Program-made: the position numbers and the translations under genes
In this document: in pieces, positions 44,201 to 57,829 of the stretch
How the letters are laid out: each line of letters starts with the position of its first letter
Position numbering within the stretch: the first letter of the stretch is position 1
Notes under the pieces: model-generated
The model's input: only the letters and a program-made list of their open reading frames with translations
Told to the model about the DNA's origin: nothing
Databases searched by the model: none
Source: Octopus sinensis
Lineage: Eukaryota
Direction of reading: 5' to 3'
Assembly (NCBI RefSeq): GCF_006345805.1
Contig: NC_043015.1
Coordinates: forward strand, 53,320,001-53,384,000
Length of the DNA stretch: 64,000 nucleotides

Positions 44201-44386
44201 AGAGCATTGTCGATGTGAGAACTGTTGCTGCTCATGCATTTTAATTAACTTAAAAAAAAAAAAAAATGAACGAACTACTGAGTTTGGTTTAATGGCCTAC
44301 CAATATACACTATGAGTTTCTTTGCCCTAGGAGTCGGGAAGACACTCGGCAAGAAATGGAAGAAAATTTGAAAGAAAAAAAAAAAG
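41250..44386 (+). mobile_element. R4/Dong-type non-LTR retrotransposon (RT + CCHC + RLE endonuclease), 5'-truncated and frameshifted
   Basis: Split-frame motifs AWIDYKKAFDSIPH, GIFQGDSLSPL, HLFYMDDLKLY, CRFC..HLISGC, RHDRV, LIDMSIPCD, KYKDL..IPVIVGALG; 3' end abuts (TAA)n. Confidence 0.9.
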
Positions 44387-44419
44387 TAATAATAATAATA
44401 ATAATAATAATAATATAAT

Positions 44420-44975
44420 ATTCTTTCGGACTTCGCAGTATGTACAGATCGGACCATCAAGGCAAATAAGCCAGATATTGTTGTGAAAGACTAAAGCAGT
44501 GAAAACTGTTTATTTATTAACATGAGCATACCCTGTGACCATAATATCTCGGAAAAAAGAATTTGATATGCTCAGAAAATATAAAGATCTGCTAATCGAA
44601 ATCGAAAAGATGTGGCATCCCCAGATTGTTACAACACCAGGGAACAAAAAGGGAGCTGAAAATTATTTAGGAATGATCCCCAGCTTCCCATTGATGCAGG
44701 AAGTGCAAAAGATTATCTTAGCTGGTACATCACACGTATTGAGAAGAACATTGTCGCTGCAGATTTTTTTTCCTTTTTCCCCTTTATTTTATTTGTTTAC
44801 TTTACTATTTTTTCATTTTTCTCTTTGTTTTCCCCCTTTTCTATGCCACATGACTCTGTAAATGAACAATCTGGTGTGCGTGTTTTAATGGCCTACCAAT
44901 GTATAGAGTACGTTTCTCTGCCCTAGGTGTCGGGAAGGCACTCGGTCAGAAATGGAAACAGAATTGAAAGAAGAT
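44420..44975 (+). mobile_element. Older Dong-like LINE 3' fragment (RLE domain + 3' UTR)
   Basis: KPDIVVKD, KYKDLLIEIEKMW, EVQKIILAGTSHVLRR; followed by (AAC)n/(AAT)n. Confidence 0.85.
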
Positions 44976-44991
44976 GCTAACAACAACACAA

Positions 44992-45022
<31 letters not shown>

Positions 45023-45676
45023 AGCAACAACAACACAACAACAACAACAACAACAATAATAATAATAACATATACAAATTACTCCCTGCAGTTCCCCTTA
45101 TTCCTGCTTAAGCTCCACCTAAAGAGCACGAAGCTAGTTCAGCGCACATAAGCGATTCCTTCCTTGCGCATCTCTTTCTCTATATTTATCAATTCCACTA
45201 CAACAAATTGAAAACATTTAAAACCAGATTCTACGTCAATACCGTTTCCTGTCGCCCTATCTCTGCTGAATATAAATCAGATATTTTTTTTGTTTTCTTT
45301 CTTCATAATTACCAGTTTGTGTGTCAGCACATGAAAATTTCCATACACCACCTCCAGATAATACATAGCTACGGTGATCACAGTGATTATCCAATGGACT
45401 ATACCATAACTGGCCTTCATTGTCGTTGATGCTTTAAGCTCGACCAATTTTTTAAATCCCTCGTAGAGTAACTTCTACATATTTATTTATTCAGTTTGTT
45501 TTTTTAGTTTTTCGTTAATAAAACACTTTCAATGTAAAACTATCAATTTAAATCAACATTTATTTCCTGATTTGGTAACCTTAAAGTATTCTTCAACAGT
45601 TCTTTCCAGTTTGCAATTTTTCCTTCCTAGTTTAATTTACTTCTCTTCTCTTTTCTTTCTTTCTTTCTTTTTCTTG

Positions 45677-45747
<71 letters not shown>

Positions 45748-45812
45748 TCATGCATCCTGTTCTTGTTTCCATTCTTCATCAACGGCTTCGATCTTTCTTT
45801 TTCTTTTTCTGT

Positions 45813-45859
<47 letters not shown>

Positions 45860-46249
45860 ATGATATATCATTTATATTGTATATATTCTTTCATTCTGTC
45901 TTCATACTTTCTTGTTTCCTCCTTGTACAAAACAGATCGTTTTCCTATGCTGCTAATATGCCATATCGTCCTCCACTAATATCTGAAGCCCACCACCATA
46001 TGTTATACCAGTTTCATCAACATATACGAACAATTACTCAGGAGCCAGCGTAAGGGATTCTCTTAATCATGCAGCAAACTAGATACAGCGCTCTTGATCT
46101 AACACATTTTCTTTAAAATCCTGCCCCACCATAAAAAAACAGAAACAAAAACAAACTACAAAAAGCGTCAAATTAGGGAGCAACCATAGTTGTGGATATA
46201 CAGAATAGCTGGAATCTTAACTATGATTGGAATTTGAGTTGATTCGGTG

Positions 46250-46720
46250 TTAAATAGCTTGTACTCTGTCGGTTACGACGACGAGCCTTCCAGCTGATAG
46301 GATCAACGGAATACTCCGTTCGTGTAATTAACGTCCAAGTGGATGAGTTCTTCACAGACACGTATACCTTTAAAGTAGTTCTCATTTAGATTCAGCGGAA
46401 TACATAGAATGTAACAAGGCTGGCCTTTTGAATTACAGATACAGCAGCCTGCTCGTGAAATGAACATGGAAGTGGCCGAGTACTCCACAGGCACGTGTAC
46501 CCTTAACGTAGTCCTCAGGGAGATTCAGCGTGACACAGAGTGTGACAAGTATGGCCCTTTGAATTACAGGTACAACACATTTTTGCCAGCTGAGTTGATT
46601 CCGGAGCAATGTGAAGTAACGAGTCTTGCTGAAGGACTCAATGCGCTGCAGAGGATCGATCACACGATCTTATGATCGTGAGCCGAATAACCCTAAACAC
46701 TGAGCCACGCGCCTTCACCG
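46250..46720 (-). mobile_element. SINE family C with internal duplication
   Basis: 46310-46445 repeats 46445-46575; tRNA-like head at 46660-46715. Confidence 0.7.
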
Positions 46721-47934
46721 GTGGTAAATAACAACAGGGACCAAAGCAACAACAATAACAGCAGATTTTATGTAGATAAGGCTGATATGAAAACAGTTCT
46801 TACAAGATCATTCAACTATCCAAAAATACTAAACAAATACCCCTCCCCTCATACCGTATTGTCATAAAGCTAAAGAACATCAGAAAATGACGAAAAGAAA
46901 TGATTATGCCAGGCATTTAATTGATTATATCTATGATTGTTAGGGGTTCATATAACGTTGATTAATTGCAACAGATATTTTTCATTTAAATTCGATATCT
47001 TATATAATCCAGCTAAGCTTGATCCACGAGATTCCCTGTTAAATAGAAGCTGAGACGCCCCTTCATGTACTCGTATACTGGGAACACCTAAGCTAAAAGA
47101 GATTTTAATTAAAAAACAGAGCCTATCAGTTCGCAATGCTTGTCACTCTCGAAGTCCCTCTTGTTGACAGCAAAATCAAACGTTCTACTGGATCCCTCTC
47201 GCAATAGCATCAACATCTGCAATGATGGGTTTGGTAATAATATCAAATAATGCGAGCAGCTGCAAAACTACAAGAGATGATGAAAAATTAGACAATAAAG
47301 CATGCAATTTTACATTGATCCAAACCACTACCACTTAGCGAATGCCTACAACCTATTTTCAATAGGAACCAACAAGAATATATGAGTGTTATTCGACGAC
47401 AAAATCATCTCTAAGTGAAATGCAGAGTAATAGAGCCAGGCACAATTACATAGCCAATACCGTTTAGCGTCATCCACTTTGAAAATACCGGAACAAGAAT
47501 TTTATACGTTATAACTTTCCACAGTGCATCGCCATATTGCAATTTTTGTTTTCGTAAAGGCTCACCCGCTCGTACTTCTAAAAGTGGTAAACACTTTAAC
47601 GATCTGGAAAGACATAAATAACATCGAAATAGACTTCATAAAGTTCGGGTTACGCTACGTTTGTTTGTTTACGTGTTACAAAACTCACACAAATGATATG
47701 AGAAATAATTTTTGCAGTATTCTACGAGAGTTTTGAACATGTTTCCAAAGGTAGAATAACTATGACATATTTCCTGCAATTAAATGTTTATAAGATGTAA
47801 TGAATCAGTTGGATATTTATATGTACAAACATACAGCAGAACAACGCCCGAAGACAAATTTTCAATCATAAATGTAAACACTAAGTAGGTTACAAAAGGT
47901 GCACGCATGAAAAGGCACGCGCGCGCAATTGCTG

Positions 47935-47965
<31 letters not shown>

Positions 47966-48014
47966 CTTACACGCGCACACATATTGAAATAAACATGTGG
48001 ATATATATTATATA

Positions 48015-48054
<40 letters not shown>

Positions 48055-48151
48055 CTATGAATACACATACATATATATATGTACATAGTGTAATGCATAC
48101 ACATATATATATATATATGTGTGTGTATGTATGCATGTATGTATGTATGTG

Positions 48152-48192
<41 letters not shown>

Positions 48193-48277
48193 ATGTATGC
48201 ATGTATGTATGTATGTGTAAATATATATATATATATGTATACATATATATATATATATATATATAATATATATATAT

Positions 48278-48313
<36 letters not shown>

Positions 48314-48903
48314 GTGTGTGTGTGTTGGTGTGTGTGTGTGTTGGTGTGTGTGTAGCTATTCATAGATAGATAGATAAACACTCATACAATATATATACTA
48401 AACCCCGCGTAATTATACTCAAATACACGAATACAGATTTGCATTTATCTATGTATAAATATATATATATGTATACACATACATAAATACATACACACAC
48501 ACAAAAATGCACACGCAAATGCAAACGCACACACATAGACACCACATATATACGAATGTGAATGTATGTATATGTACGTATGTATGTATATGTAGGTATG
48601 TATGTATGTAAGTATGTATGCGTGTATATATATGTATATATGTGCGTGTGCGTGTGTGTGTGTGTATGATCCACAGAGATATGTCACGTTAACCTATAGA
48701 GGAGCGTGTATTATTAGGTATTATGTTGAAATTTTAATCATTAAATTTCTTTTGCGATGTAATTTGATGCGACATATTCATTCCATCTTCGCTTTCAGTA
48801 ACTAACCTTCTTTCTCTTCTATATTCACATAAAAACGTGTGTTCAAGCATATGTGCGTGCGTTCTGTGTCTTTGCGTCTGTAGGTGCGTGCTTGTGTGAT
48901 ATG

Positions 48904-48965
<62 letters not shown>

Positions 48966-49506
48966 TTATACATACATATACATACACACGAAAATGCACA
49001 CATGTAAGTCGAAACAATTTGCTGGCCTTTTTGGGTTTTTATATAATTGTTAATGTTATATGATATTATTTTATATAATATCCATAATATATTATGTAAT
49101 ATTGTAATATTATAATATAATAAATAATTGGATTGTTAATAGTACCTCTCTACTTAATTTATATTTGTAATTGCATTACACCCATATTTATATGGTATTC
49201 TACTGACCTACCAGTGAACTAGATGTTTAATATACCGGCTTGAAGGAACACTTTTCCTCAGTTTGTTACTATACATACATACATACACACTCACACACAC
49301 ATACACACACACTCACACACGCATATACATATATACAAGGGTATGAATAAAATACATGATAATAAGATTTGAGTACGGCACATGCTTCGATCCGTTCTGG
49401 GTTTCTTCGGGTACATAAATAATAAAAATAAAAATAATAAATAATAATTATAAAGTCTTACTGGAGATTCGCTTTTCTGTATCGCTTAATGTCCGTCAAC
49501 TTTGGG

Positions 49507-49573
<67 letters not shown>

Positions 49574-49619
49574 TGTATGTATGTATGTATGTATGTATGT
49601 ATGTATAAACATAAATAAC

Positions 49620-49833
49620 GGCGGCGAGCTGGCAGAATTATTAGCACGCCGGGCGAAATTCTTAGCGGTATTCGTCTGCCGTTAAGTTCTGAGTTCAAAT
49701 CCCACCGAGGTCGACTTTGCCTTCATCCTTTCGGAGTCGGTAAATTAAGTAGCAGTTGCGTACTGGGGTCGATCCAATCGACTGCCACCCCCGCTCAAAA
49801 ATTTTCAGGCCTTGTGCCTAGAGTGGAAAAGAA
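49620..49833 (+). mobile_element. SINE family A
   Basis: GGCGGCGAGCTGGCAGAA...GGCCTTGTGCCTAGAG. Confidence 0.85.
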
Positions 49834-49986
49834 CTTTGGGATATATATATATATATATATATATATCAACAATCAAGGAACGGCCATAATAGGCCATTCA
49901 CCCACTAGAAATAACAGCCAAGCTTCAACCGCAAATAAAAGTCAATTCCGTAAACAGGAGAAAATTTAAAAACATTTACCCTGTAA

Positions 49987-50091
49987 TTTCTTATACGGTT
50001 CACCGTTTCATCTGCTGTTTAATGGTAAACTAACCTGATTAAATTAAATCAAGCCAATCTTCCATAGGCCCTCAGATTCTTCAGTAAGAAA
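49987..50091 (-). ncRNA. Type I hammerhead ribozyme
   Basis: Reverse complement of 50679-50783. Confidence 0.9.
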
Positions 50092-50678
50092 TAGCCACAA
50101 GTCGGAACAGATATTTTCACGAGGCATTTCCGACCCTGCCAAGGTAATATCTGACCTAAAATTTTCAAATCATCGCACTCGCGCCAAATTTATCGGCAGC
50201 AAATAAATATAAGCCGTCGATTCCATTACGGAATTAACCAGAAAATTCATAATTAATCAATATAGGGTGGCAAAAAAAATTACAGGGTAATTTACAGGGT
50301 AAATGTTTTTAAAATTTTCTCCTGTTTACGGAATTGACTTTTATTTGCGGTTGAAGCTTTGGCTGTTATTTCTAGTGGGTGAATGGCCTATTATGGCCGT
50401 TCCTTGATTGTTGATGTTGAACTTAAAAATGGTCTATGACTATTTAATTTTTTCCCACTAGGCCGCTGGTGGCAAAAGAATTCTACAGAATTTTTTTTGC
50501 CACCCTATATTGATTAATTATGAATTTTCTGGTTAATTCCGTAATGGAATCGACGGCTTATATTTATTTGCTGCCGATAAATTTGGCGCGAGTGCGATGA
50601 TTTGAAAATTTTAGGTCAGATATTACCTTGGCAGGGTCGGAAATGCCTCGTGAAAATATCTGTTCCGACTTGTGGCTA

Positions 50679-50783
50679 TTTCTTACTGAAGAATCTGAGG
50701 GCCTATGGAAGATTGGCTTGATTTAATTTAATCAGGTTAGTTTACCATTAAACAGCAGATGAAACGGTGAACCGTATAAGAAA
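50679..50783 (+). ncRNA. Type I hammerhead ribozyme
   Basis: TTTCTTA-CTGAAGA-ATCTG...CAGAT-GAAACGG tgaa CCGTA-TAAGAAA. Confidence 0.92.
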
Positions 50784-51171
50784 TTACAGGGTAAATGTTT
50801 TTTAAAATTTTCTCCTGTTTACGGAATTGACTTTTATTTGCGGTTGAAGCTTTGGCTGTTATTTCTAGTGGGTGAATGGCCTATTATGGCCGTTCCTTGA
50901 TTGTTGATGTTGAACTTAAAAATGGTCTATGACTATTTAATTTTTTCCCACTAGGCCGCTGGTGGCAAAAGAATTCTACAGAATTTTTTTTGCCACCCTA
51001 TATTGATTAATTATGAATTTTCTGGTTAATTCCGTAATGGAATCGACGGCTTATATTTATTTGCTGCCGATAAATTTGGCGCGAGTGCGATGATTTGAAA
51101 ATTTTAGGTCAGATATTACCTTGGCAGGGTCGGAAATGCCTCGTGAAAATATCTGTTCCGACTTGTGGCTA

Positions 51172-51276
51172 TTTCTTACTGAAGAATCTGAGGGCCTATG
51201 GAAGATTGGCTTGATTTAATTTAATCAGGTTAGTTTACCATTAAACAGCAGATGAAACGGTGAACCGTATAAGAAA
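51172..51276 (+). ncRNA. Type I hammerhead ribozyme
   Basis: Tandem copy of 50679-50783. Confidence 0.92.
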
Positions 51277-51510
51277 TTACAGGGTAAATGTTTTTTAAAT
51301 TTCTCTGTTTACGGAATTGACTTTTATTTGCGGTTGAAGCTTGGCTGTTATTTCTAGTGGGTGTGAATGGCCTATTATGGCCGTTCCTTGATTGTTGATG
51401 TTGAACTTAAAAATGGTCTATGACTATTTAATTTTTTCCCACTAGGCCGCTGGTGGCAAAAGAATTCTACAGAATTTTTTTTGCCACCTATATTGATTAT
51501 TATATATATA

Positions 51511-51549
<39 letters not shown>

Positions 51550-51562
51550 GTATATATGTAAC

Positions 51563-51793
51563 GGCGGTGAGCTGGCAGAATCGTTACCGCTCAGGACAAA
51601 GTGCTTGGCGGTATTTCGTCTGCTGTTACGTTACGTTCTGAATTCAAATTACACCGAAGTCGAATATGCCTCTCATCCTTTCGAGGGCAATTAAATAATT
51701 ACCAATTACGCACAGGGGTCGATTTAATCGACTTAATCCCTTTGTCTGTCCTCAATCGTCCCCTCTATGTTTAGCCCCCTGTGAGCAATAAAG

Positions 51794-51797
<4 letters not shown>
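51563..51797 (+). mobile_element. SINE family A (alternative tail)
   Basis: Same head and core; tail TTTGTCTGTCC..TTTAGCCCC as seen in the 22130-22460 copies. Confidence 0.8.
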
Positions 51798-51848
<51 letters not shown>

Positions 51849-53257
51849 ACATTGCGAATATAGACATACAATGCAATGCAACTGAATATGAATTTATGTC
51901 ATATTTGTGTGTTTGTTTGTGTTTATGCGTTTGTATGTTTAAATGTATAGATTTATAGCAAGATAGATAAAGATATACATATTATACATCAGCAATCATA
52001 GATATTTACACACAAACAAACACACACACATACATATAAATATCTGTATCTACATATAAATGTACACAAACGCTGTTACGTGCAATAGGTAATACTCAAA
52101 TTATACACATTGTACATATGTATATGTGTATCACATATATACATACATACATGTATACATATATATATGTATATATATATATATATAACAATATATGTCA
52201 CAACAAATTAAGCTTGTTATGCCATGTGGGCATTCATTCACAAAGCTTTGGTGGGCCCTAGTCTAAAGTAGAGGACAGTTAACCAGGGTGACATGCAGGG
52301 GGAATGAACCCGGAACTATGTGGTTGAGAAGCAAGGCCACACCTATTTTCTACATAATATTTGGACGGATTAGATGTTTGAATGTAACTTTAAGCAATAA
52401 CAACACCGTAAAATGCACAGATTTCATTTGCTATTGTTACCGACATAGTACTAAATTCTTAAGCTTTCTTGTCAAAAGTAATCATGTATAACCATTTCAT
52501 TCTTTTTAGAAATCATCAATATGACTTAACTTGAAGTATATTAATTAAGCCTGCTATGAAGCGAAATATTTTAAATTGATCGAAAATCATTAAATCAAAT
52601 TTATCACATAAAATATATGTCCTTGGACAGATCAACATGCAGAAGAATGGAAAACCTGTGTAAACAAAGCATTTTCATTTGATTGAGTCGCCACATGGGT
52701 GCCTACGATTTTAACTAGTACGTAGCGTGGTGAATGCAAGAATTAGTAGCGAGTCCAAAGATCTATCTACGTTCTGTGGTAGAACCACGTCCAGTTTAAT
52801 GTCAATCATTGTCCAATCAGAAACGATAGAATATATAACTTAACTATTGAAATCGATTTAATCAATATCTGCCCACGCTCCCGGAAGTCGTAGCATTGTG
52901 TATAAATTAGATAAAAAAGAGTCTCGTTCGATATGTCGCTTTTATGAAACCATTCATGACATTACCTACAACATAGGATTCAAGACTTTATTTTTCATCT
53001 GTTAAATTGCATAGTCAAATGTATTGAACTTTTATAAAACCTCGACATAGTTCACCTGTTGATATGTTGTCAAAAATCTTTACTTCTTTACACACATACA
53101 TACTGATAGAACATGCGTATATATGTATATACCTACATAAGTATGTGGTACTCTATGGATAACTATTTAACAAATCTCTCTCTCTCTCTCCCTCTCTGCA
53201 TATACGTAAACAGACATACATGTACACACATAGAAATATACATACACATAGAAATAT

Positions 53258-53310
<53 letters not shown>

Positions 53311-53489
53311 CATACATACATACATATATATATACATATATATACTTATATATATGTATGTATGTTTGTATGTATGTGTATACATACACACATCGTGTAT
53401 ATACATATATGCATATGTATATGTATACTGCACACACATACATACATATGTATACATACACAAGTCATGCCTCTTTCTCTCTCTCTAGC

Positions 53490-53542
<53 letters not shown>

Positions 53543-53559
53543 AACAGACACACACACAC

Positions 53560-53611
<52 letters not shown>

Positions 53612-54259
53612 CACACATACATATACATGTTTGTATGTAGTTATATATTAAATTATTTAAATCATAAATTATATGAATTATAAATCTTATGTAACTGGCA
53701 AAGCGTTCGCCCGGTAAGAGAAAGATACGTGCTTAGAATTTCATTATGATAATATGTTCTTTGTTAGTAAATATGCTTCTTATTTTTTACTTCTGAAATA
53801 CATACAAAAGCAGAAAAACTTCTAAGTTTAGGAGAATATTCTTCGCGGTAGATTAACCGAAGAACCGGTCCTAAAATATGTCCTAATTGTAAGTTCTGTC
53901 ACTGATTAGTAAAAAGAGAAAGAAAAGTCGTCCTGTCAACAGTTACAATGCTTCTACCAGATCAAACTCACAGCAAGAACAATCGATAAACTCCTTCAAT
54001 AGACATATGATCATGGCAGATCAAACCTTCATACGTAATCCTCTTGTATTGCCTGATTACGTCAACACGAGTTAAATAACTTTCACAATTCCGAATGGGT
54101 TCCAGATGGAAGGACTAAACGCCACGTAAACAGTAAACGCCAACTAAATACCATAAATTATATGTATACAAAAAAAACACACGCAATTCTTGTTGTATTT
54201 CCAATGCCGATACCCAACAGAATATGGGGATCGCAGAGCGAAAAATTTTACAGCCATAA

Positions 54260-55355
54260 TTATCCCATTTTAACTTTTTCATACGCGGCTTATGGGAGAT
54301 TTCATGTCCAAATGTATAGTTTCTTTTGGAATATGTTGCACAAGCGTTTTTCAACCAAGTTTATCGTAATCTTAGATTTCCACAACGGTCGCTAGTACGT
54401 TCTAGAGAAATTGTAATACACGTGTATATCTATGTATGCAAATATATACATATATGGTTGTGCGTGTCTTGCTATGGACCAAGTTGTATCACATTTAATT
54501 TTATATTCCTTAAATCGCCATACAAAACCAGCCAAATATGTTGAAGGCCTCTTGTTGAATTTCTTGAAGCTGGCGACATGGTTGCGATAACGATTCTTGA
54601 ATGAATCAGTCGTTGACCCAGTATTTAGGTACGGTCCTCCATTTGTCCGTTTGTGTGTACGGTGCATTTATATGCAACATTTGTATTGATACACAGGTTC
54701 ATCAAAGGGCATTTTGATTTTTCTCTGTATTAGATTTAGTTATATGTATGGCAGTTCTGACTTCATTTTCTGACGCTGTTGCCCTGATGGCTATATCACT
54801 ATCATTGCTACCATCACGATGTGGCCACAGCATTCTGGTTTATTTCTCCTTTCTTGGTATTTTTTGTGTATATATTTGTTGTTTTTTTTCTGTTTGTAGA
54901 CTGGAAGTGGTTCATACTTCATATGTAATACTTCCAGGAGGTAGGTTTTTGAACAATTGGTTCGTTTCACTATTATCAATGCAGTGAATATGCTGCTCTA
55001 AATTAATAGAGTGAACGTATGATATTTACGTTGACCAATTCTTTTTACCTGTATTTTCCATCGGAGTTTGCTTACTATCATGTTGTTTTGGGGTTTAATG
55101 AGTATTATTAATGGCGGAATTGGCAGAGTTACGAATACCCGTGTGTTGCAGATACTGGATTTCCTTTCGGTATACAGCCTTAGCTAAAGCAGTGTTGTAA
55201 TATGGTGCATGTGATTTTAAAAAAATTTTATTAACAGATAACTTAGATATGCTTATTGAAATATTCTTAACGAATCCCCGCAGTATTGAGGGTGGCTGGC
55301 TACATTTATATGCGTAATACTGTCATTTGTTTTATGAAACGATTCAAATAATCCA
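54260..55355 (-). mobile_element. Penelope-like element remnant (RT thumb, Cys linker, GIY-YIG endonuclease)
   Basis: Broken frames: FHKTNDSITHINVASHP / SISKLS..APYYNTAL (thumb); KCPLMNLCINTNVAYKCTV; GSTTDSFKNRYRNHVASFK..STYLAGFVW..WSI; EISHKPR. Confidence 0.75.
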
Positions 55356-56109
55356 GCATGTGTATGCATATATGAGTGTGTGTGTGTGTGTGTGTGTGTT
55401 GTGTGTATGCATATATATATAATATACACTCCTATATAATTGCATGTTTGTATACGTATACACATCACTCGTTCTCTCGCTTCCCCTCTCTCTCTGTACA
55501 CACACACACACACACATATATATACATACACACACAGACACACACACACACACACATATATACATTCACACACACACACACACACATACATATATATACA
55601 TATATATACATGTGTCTATATATATAGGTAGACATTTATACACGTAATTATTTTGGTTTGGTTATGTTCCATTGTAAACTAAACAACGCTTATACTTTTA
55701 ATTAAAGTTTGAATTTCATTAAGTTGATCGAGTTTGTATAAACACAGAATAACAAATTCGCTCAAATGTCGTTTCTAGTTGTGCAATAGATATTTACGGA
55801 AACTCGTCAGTTATTTAAACTGCATTATTCGAATATTTGAAGTTTTAAGTTCACTATAACCAGATTTGCATATGTTGGGTTCAATGTGGTTCCCATTATT
55901 GTTTTAATTATTTGTCTAAAATTGTAGACTTTAAAACCAAATACATTGCAATTTTAAAATGGCGTAATTTTTATCCAGTCATTCAGTTAAAATCTGATGC
56001 GATTCTTTGAACTATAATTTCATAACCTCCAGTCATAAAGATGTTCAAATACAGTAGAAAATGAAATTTACAATGACGCACGTGTATTCCTGTTCATTTT
56101 ATCTCTATA

Positions 56110-57617
56110 TTGGATTGGCAAGAAAGTAATTTCGCTATTTAGTGTGAAATAAAAGGTTTTGTTTTTCATACAATAAACATTAGGAATAAAGATTATTTGC
56201 CAACATAACATGGCAGTCCTGGTTTAGGACGAATGTTGCTGTAATTTAGCCCCAGGAGACATCGTCTCCATGTAGCTATACGACACAATCTGTGTCCTTA
56301 TATTTTCGTGTCGTATAGCCAGTCCTAAACCAGGACTGCCATGTTATGTTGGAAAATAGTGTTTACTCCAAATTAATGTTACTGAATATCTCGTTGTGAG
56401 ATTTACAAATAATAATTTTCCAAAGAATATTAATCAATTATATATTTTCCATTTTGTTCGATGACTTTTGCTGTTTTCTGGGAACTTCATGATTCCGCGT
56501 TCATACAACGTCTGGTCCTTATCAGCCAAACACTGAAGCAAGTGCCATTTCAGGTCATCATCATTATTGAAAGTTTTACCATTCAAAATGTTTGCAAACT
56601 ACGAAATAATTGGTTATCTGATGGTGCAAGATCAGGGCTATATGTTGGATATTACATCACTTCTAAATGCAGTTCCAATAATTTTTCACGAGTTAGCAAA
56701 GATGTGTGTGGTCTAGCGTTGTCATGGTGGAACAAGATTCCATTACAATTTGCGAATTTTGGCCGTTTTTCTTTTATTCTCCTCAATAGTTTCATTGGTT
56801 GTTGACAGTAAACATCTGAATTGATCGCTTAGTTTCTTGGAAGTAGCTCAAAATACACATCACCCGTGCAATCCCACCAAATTGACAGCATGACCTTTTT
56901 TTCATGCAATTGAGCTTTCGATATGGTTTGTGCTGGTTTAGTACGCTTGGAGCATGGCCATTTTCGATTGATTTTACTGTAGACAATCCATTTTCAATCA
57001 CCAGTGGTGATTCATTAAAAAAAATGTCGATTTCATTGCGTTTGAGAAATATAGATTTGTTGTGTTAAGTGAATCTCTTTCAATTTATGTGGAAACCAAA
57101 TATCAAGCTTCTTAACCAGTCCAAGACATTTCAACTGATTTTCAATTGTTGTGTGTAATACATCTAACCTCCCTGCAATCTCTGGTACAGATATATGACA
57201 ATCTGATTCAATAATGTTTTGATTCGGTCATCATCACCTTCAGTAGGTCGACCAGAACGTTGGTCATCTTTGAGTGAAAAATCTGAACAGAATATTTTAA
57301 AAACATTTCTAACATGTACCTTCTGTTAAGCAATCAACTCCTTAGAATTCACTTATCAGTCTGCGAGTTTCAGCAGGTTGCTTGCCTTTTTGCAAAAAAA
57401 TGCAGTACATGGCGAAAAACGTTCGTTTTTGCACTCCATGTTAAAATTGACACTGAAGTAACTGCCGCTAACAGATTCACACGCAATTTGCTTCTAAAGT
57501 AAGCTAAGAGTAACGACTATCAAATGTCAAAAGGAAAATAACCATAACATTGTCGAAAGTCATTCAAAAGAATCGTAACACTGCCAAAAAAATAAAATTA
57601 CTTGCTTTCAAACTCAA
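56110..57617 (-). mobile_element. Decayed mariner (Tc1/mariner) DNA transposon
   Basis: Minus-strand KVMLSIWWD..YFELL, HHDNARPHTS, YSPDLAPSD; degenerate TIRs TTGGATTGGCAAGAAAGTAAT / ATTACTTGCTTTCAAACTCAA with TA flanks. Confidence 0.85.
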
Positions 57618-57788
57618 TATATTATCCTAGGAATTTTGATTTTGTCGCTTAAACAAGAAGTCTCCAAACACCGGAATACATAACAGTAATGCGCCGTTTA
57701 TTGTTTTGTACAAGGACACAGAGTAATAATGAATCTTAAAATTCTATATCTATGATATTGACTGTCCCAGTCTTCACACGCGCGCACG

Positions 57789-57829
<41 letters not shown>

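Larger units (their letters stand above)
49865..51499. mobile_element. HHR tandem/inverted repeat element, ~493 bp unit: ~0.85 unit on - strand then ~2.45 units on + strand
   Basis: TTACAGGGTAAATG at 50292, 50784 and 51277; 49865-50281 is the reverse complement; homologous to 4675-6070; flanked by (TA)n. Confidence 0.87.

Noticed and set aside
55745-55815. Minus-strand CTGACGA...GAAAC
   Set aside because: Stem I and the cleavage register do not fit.
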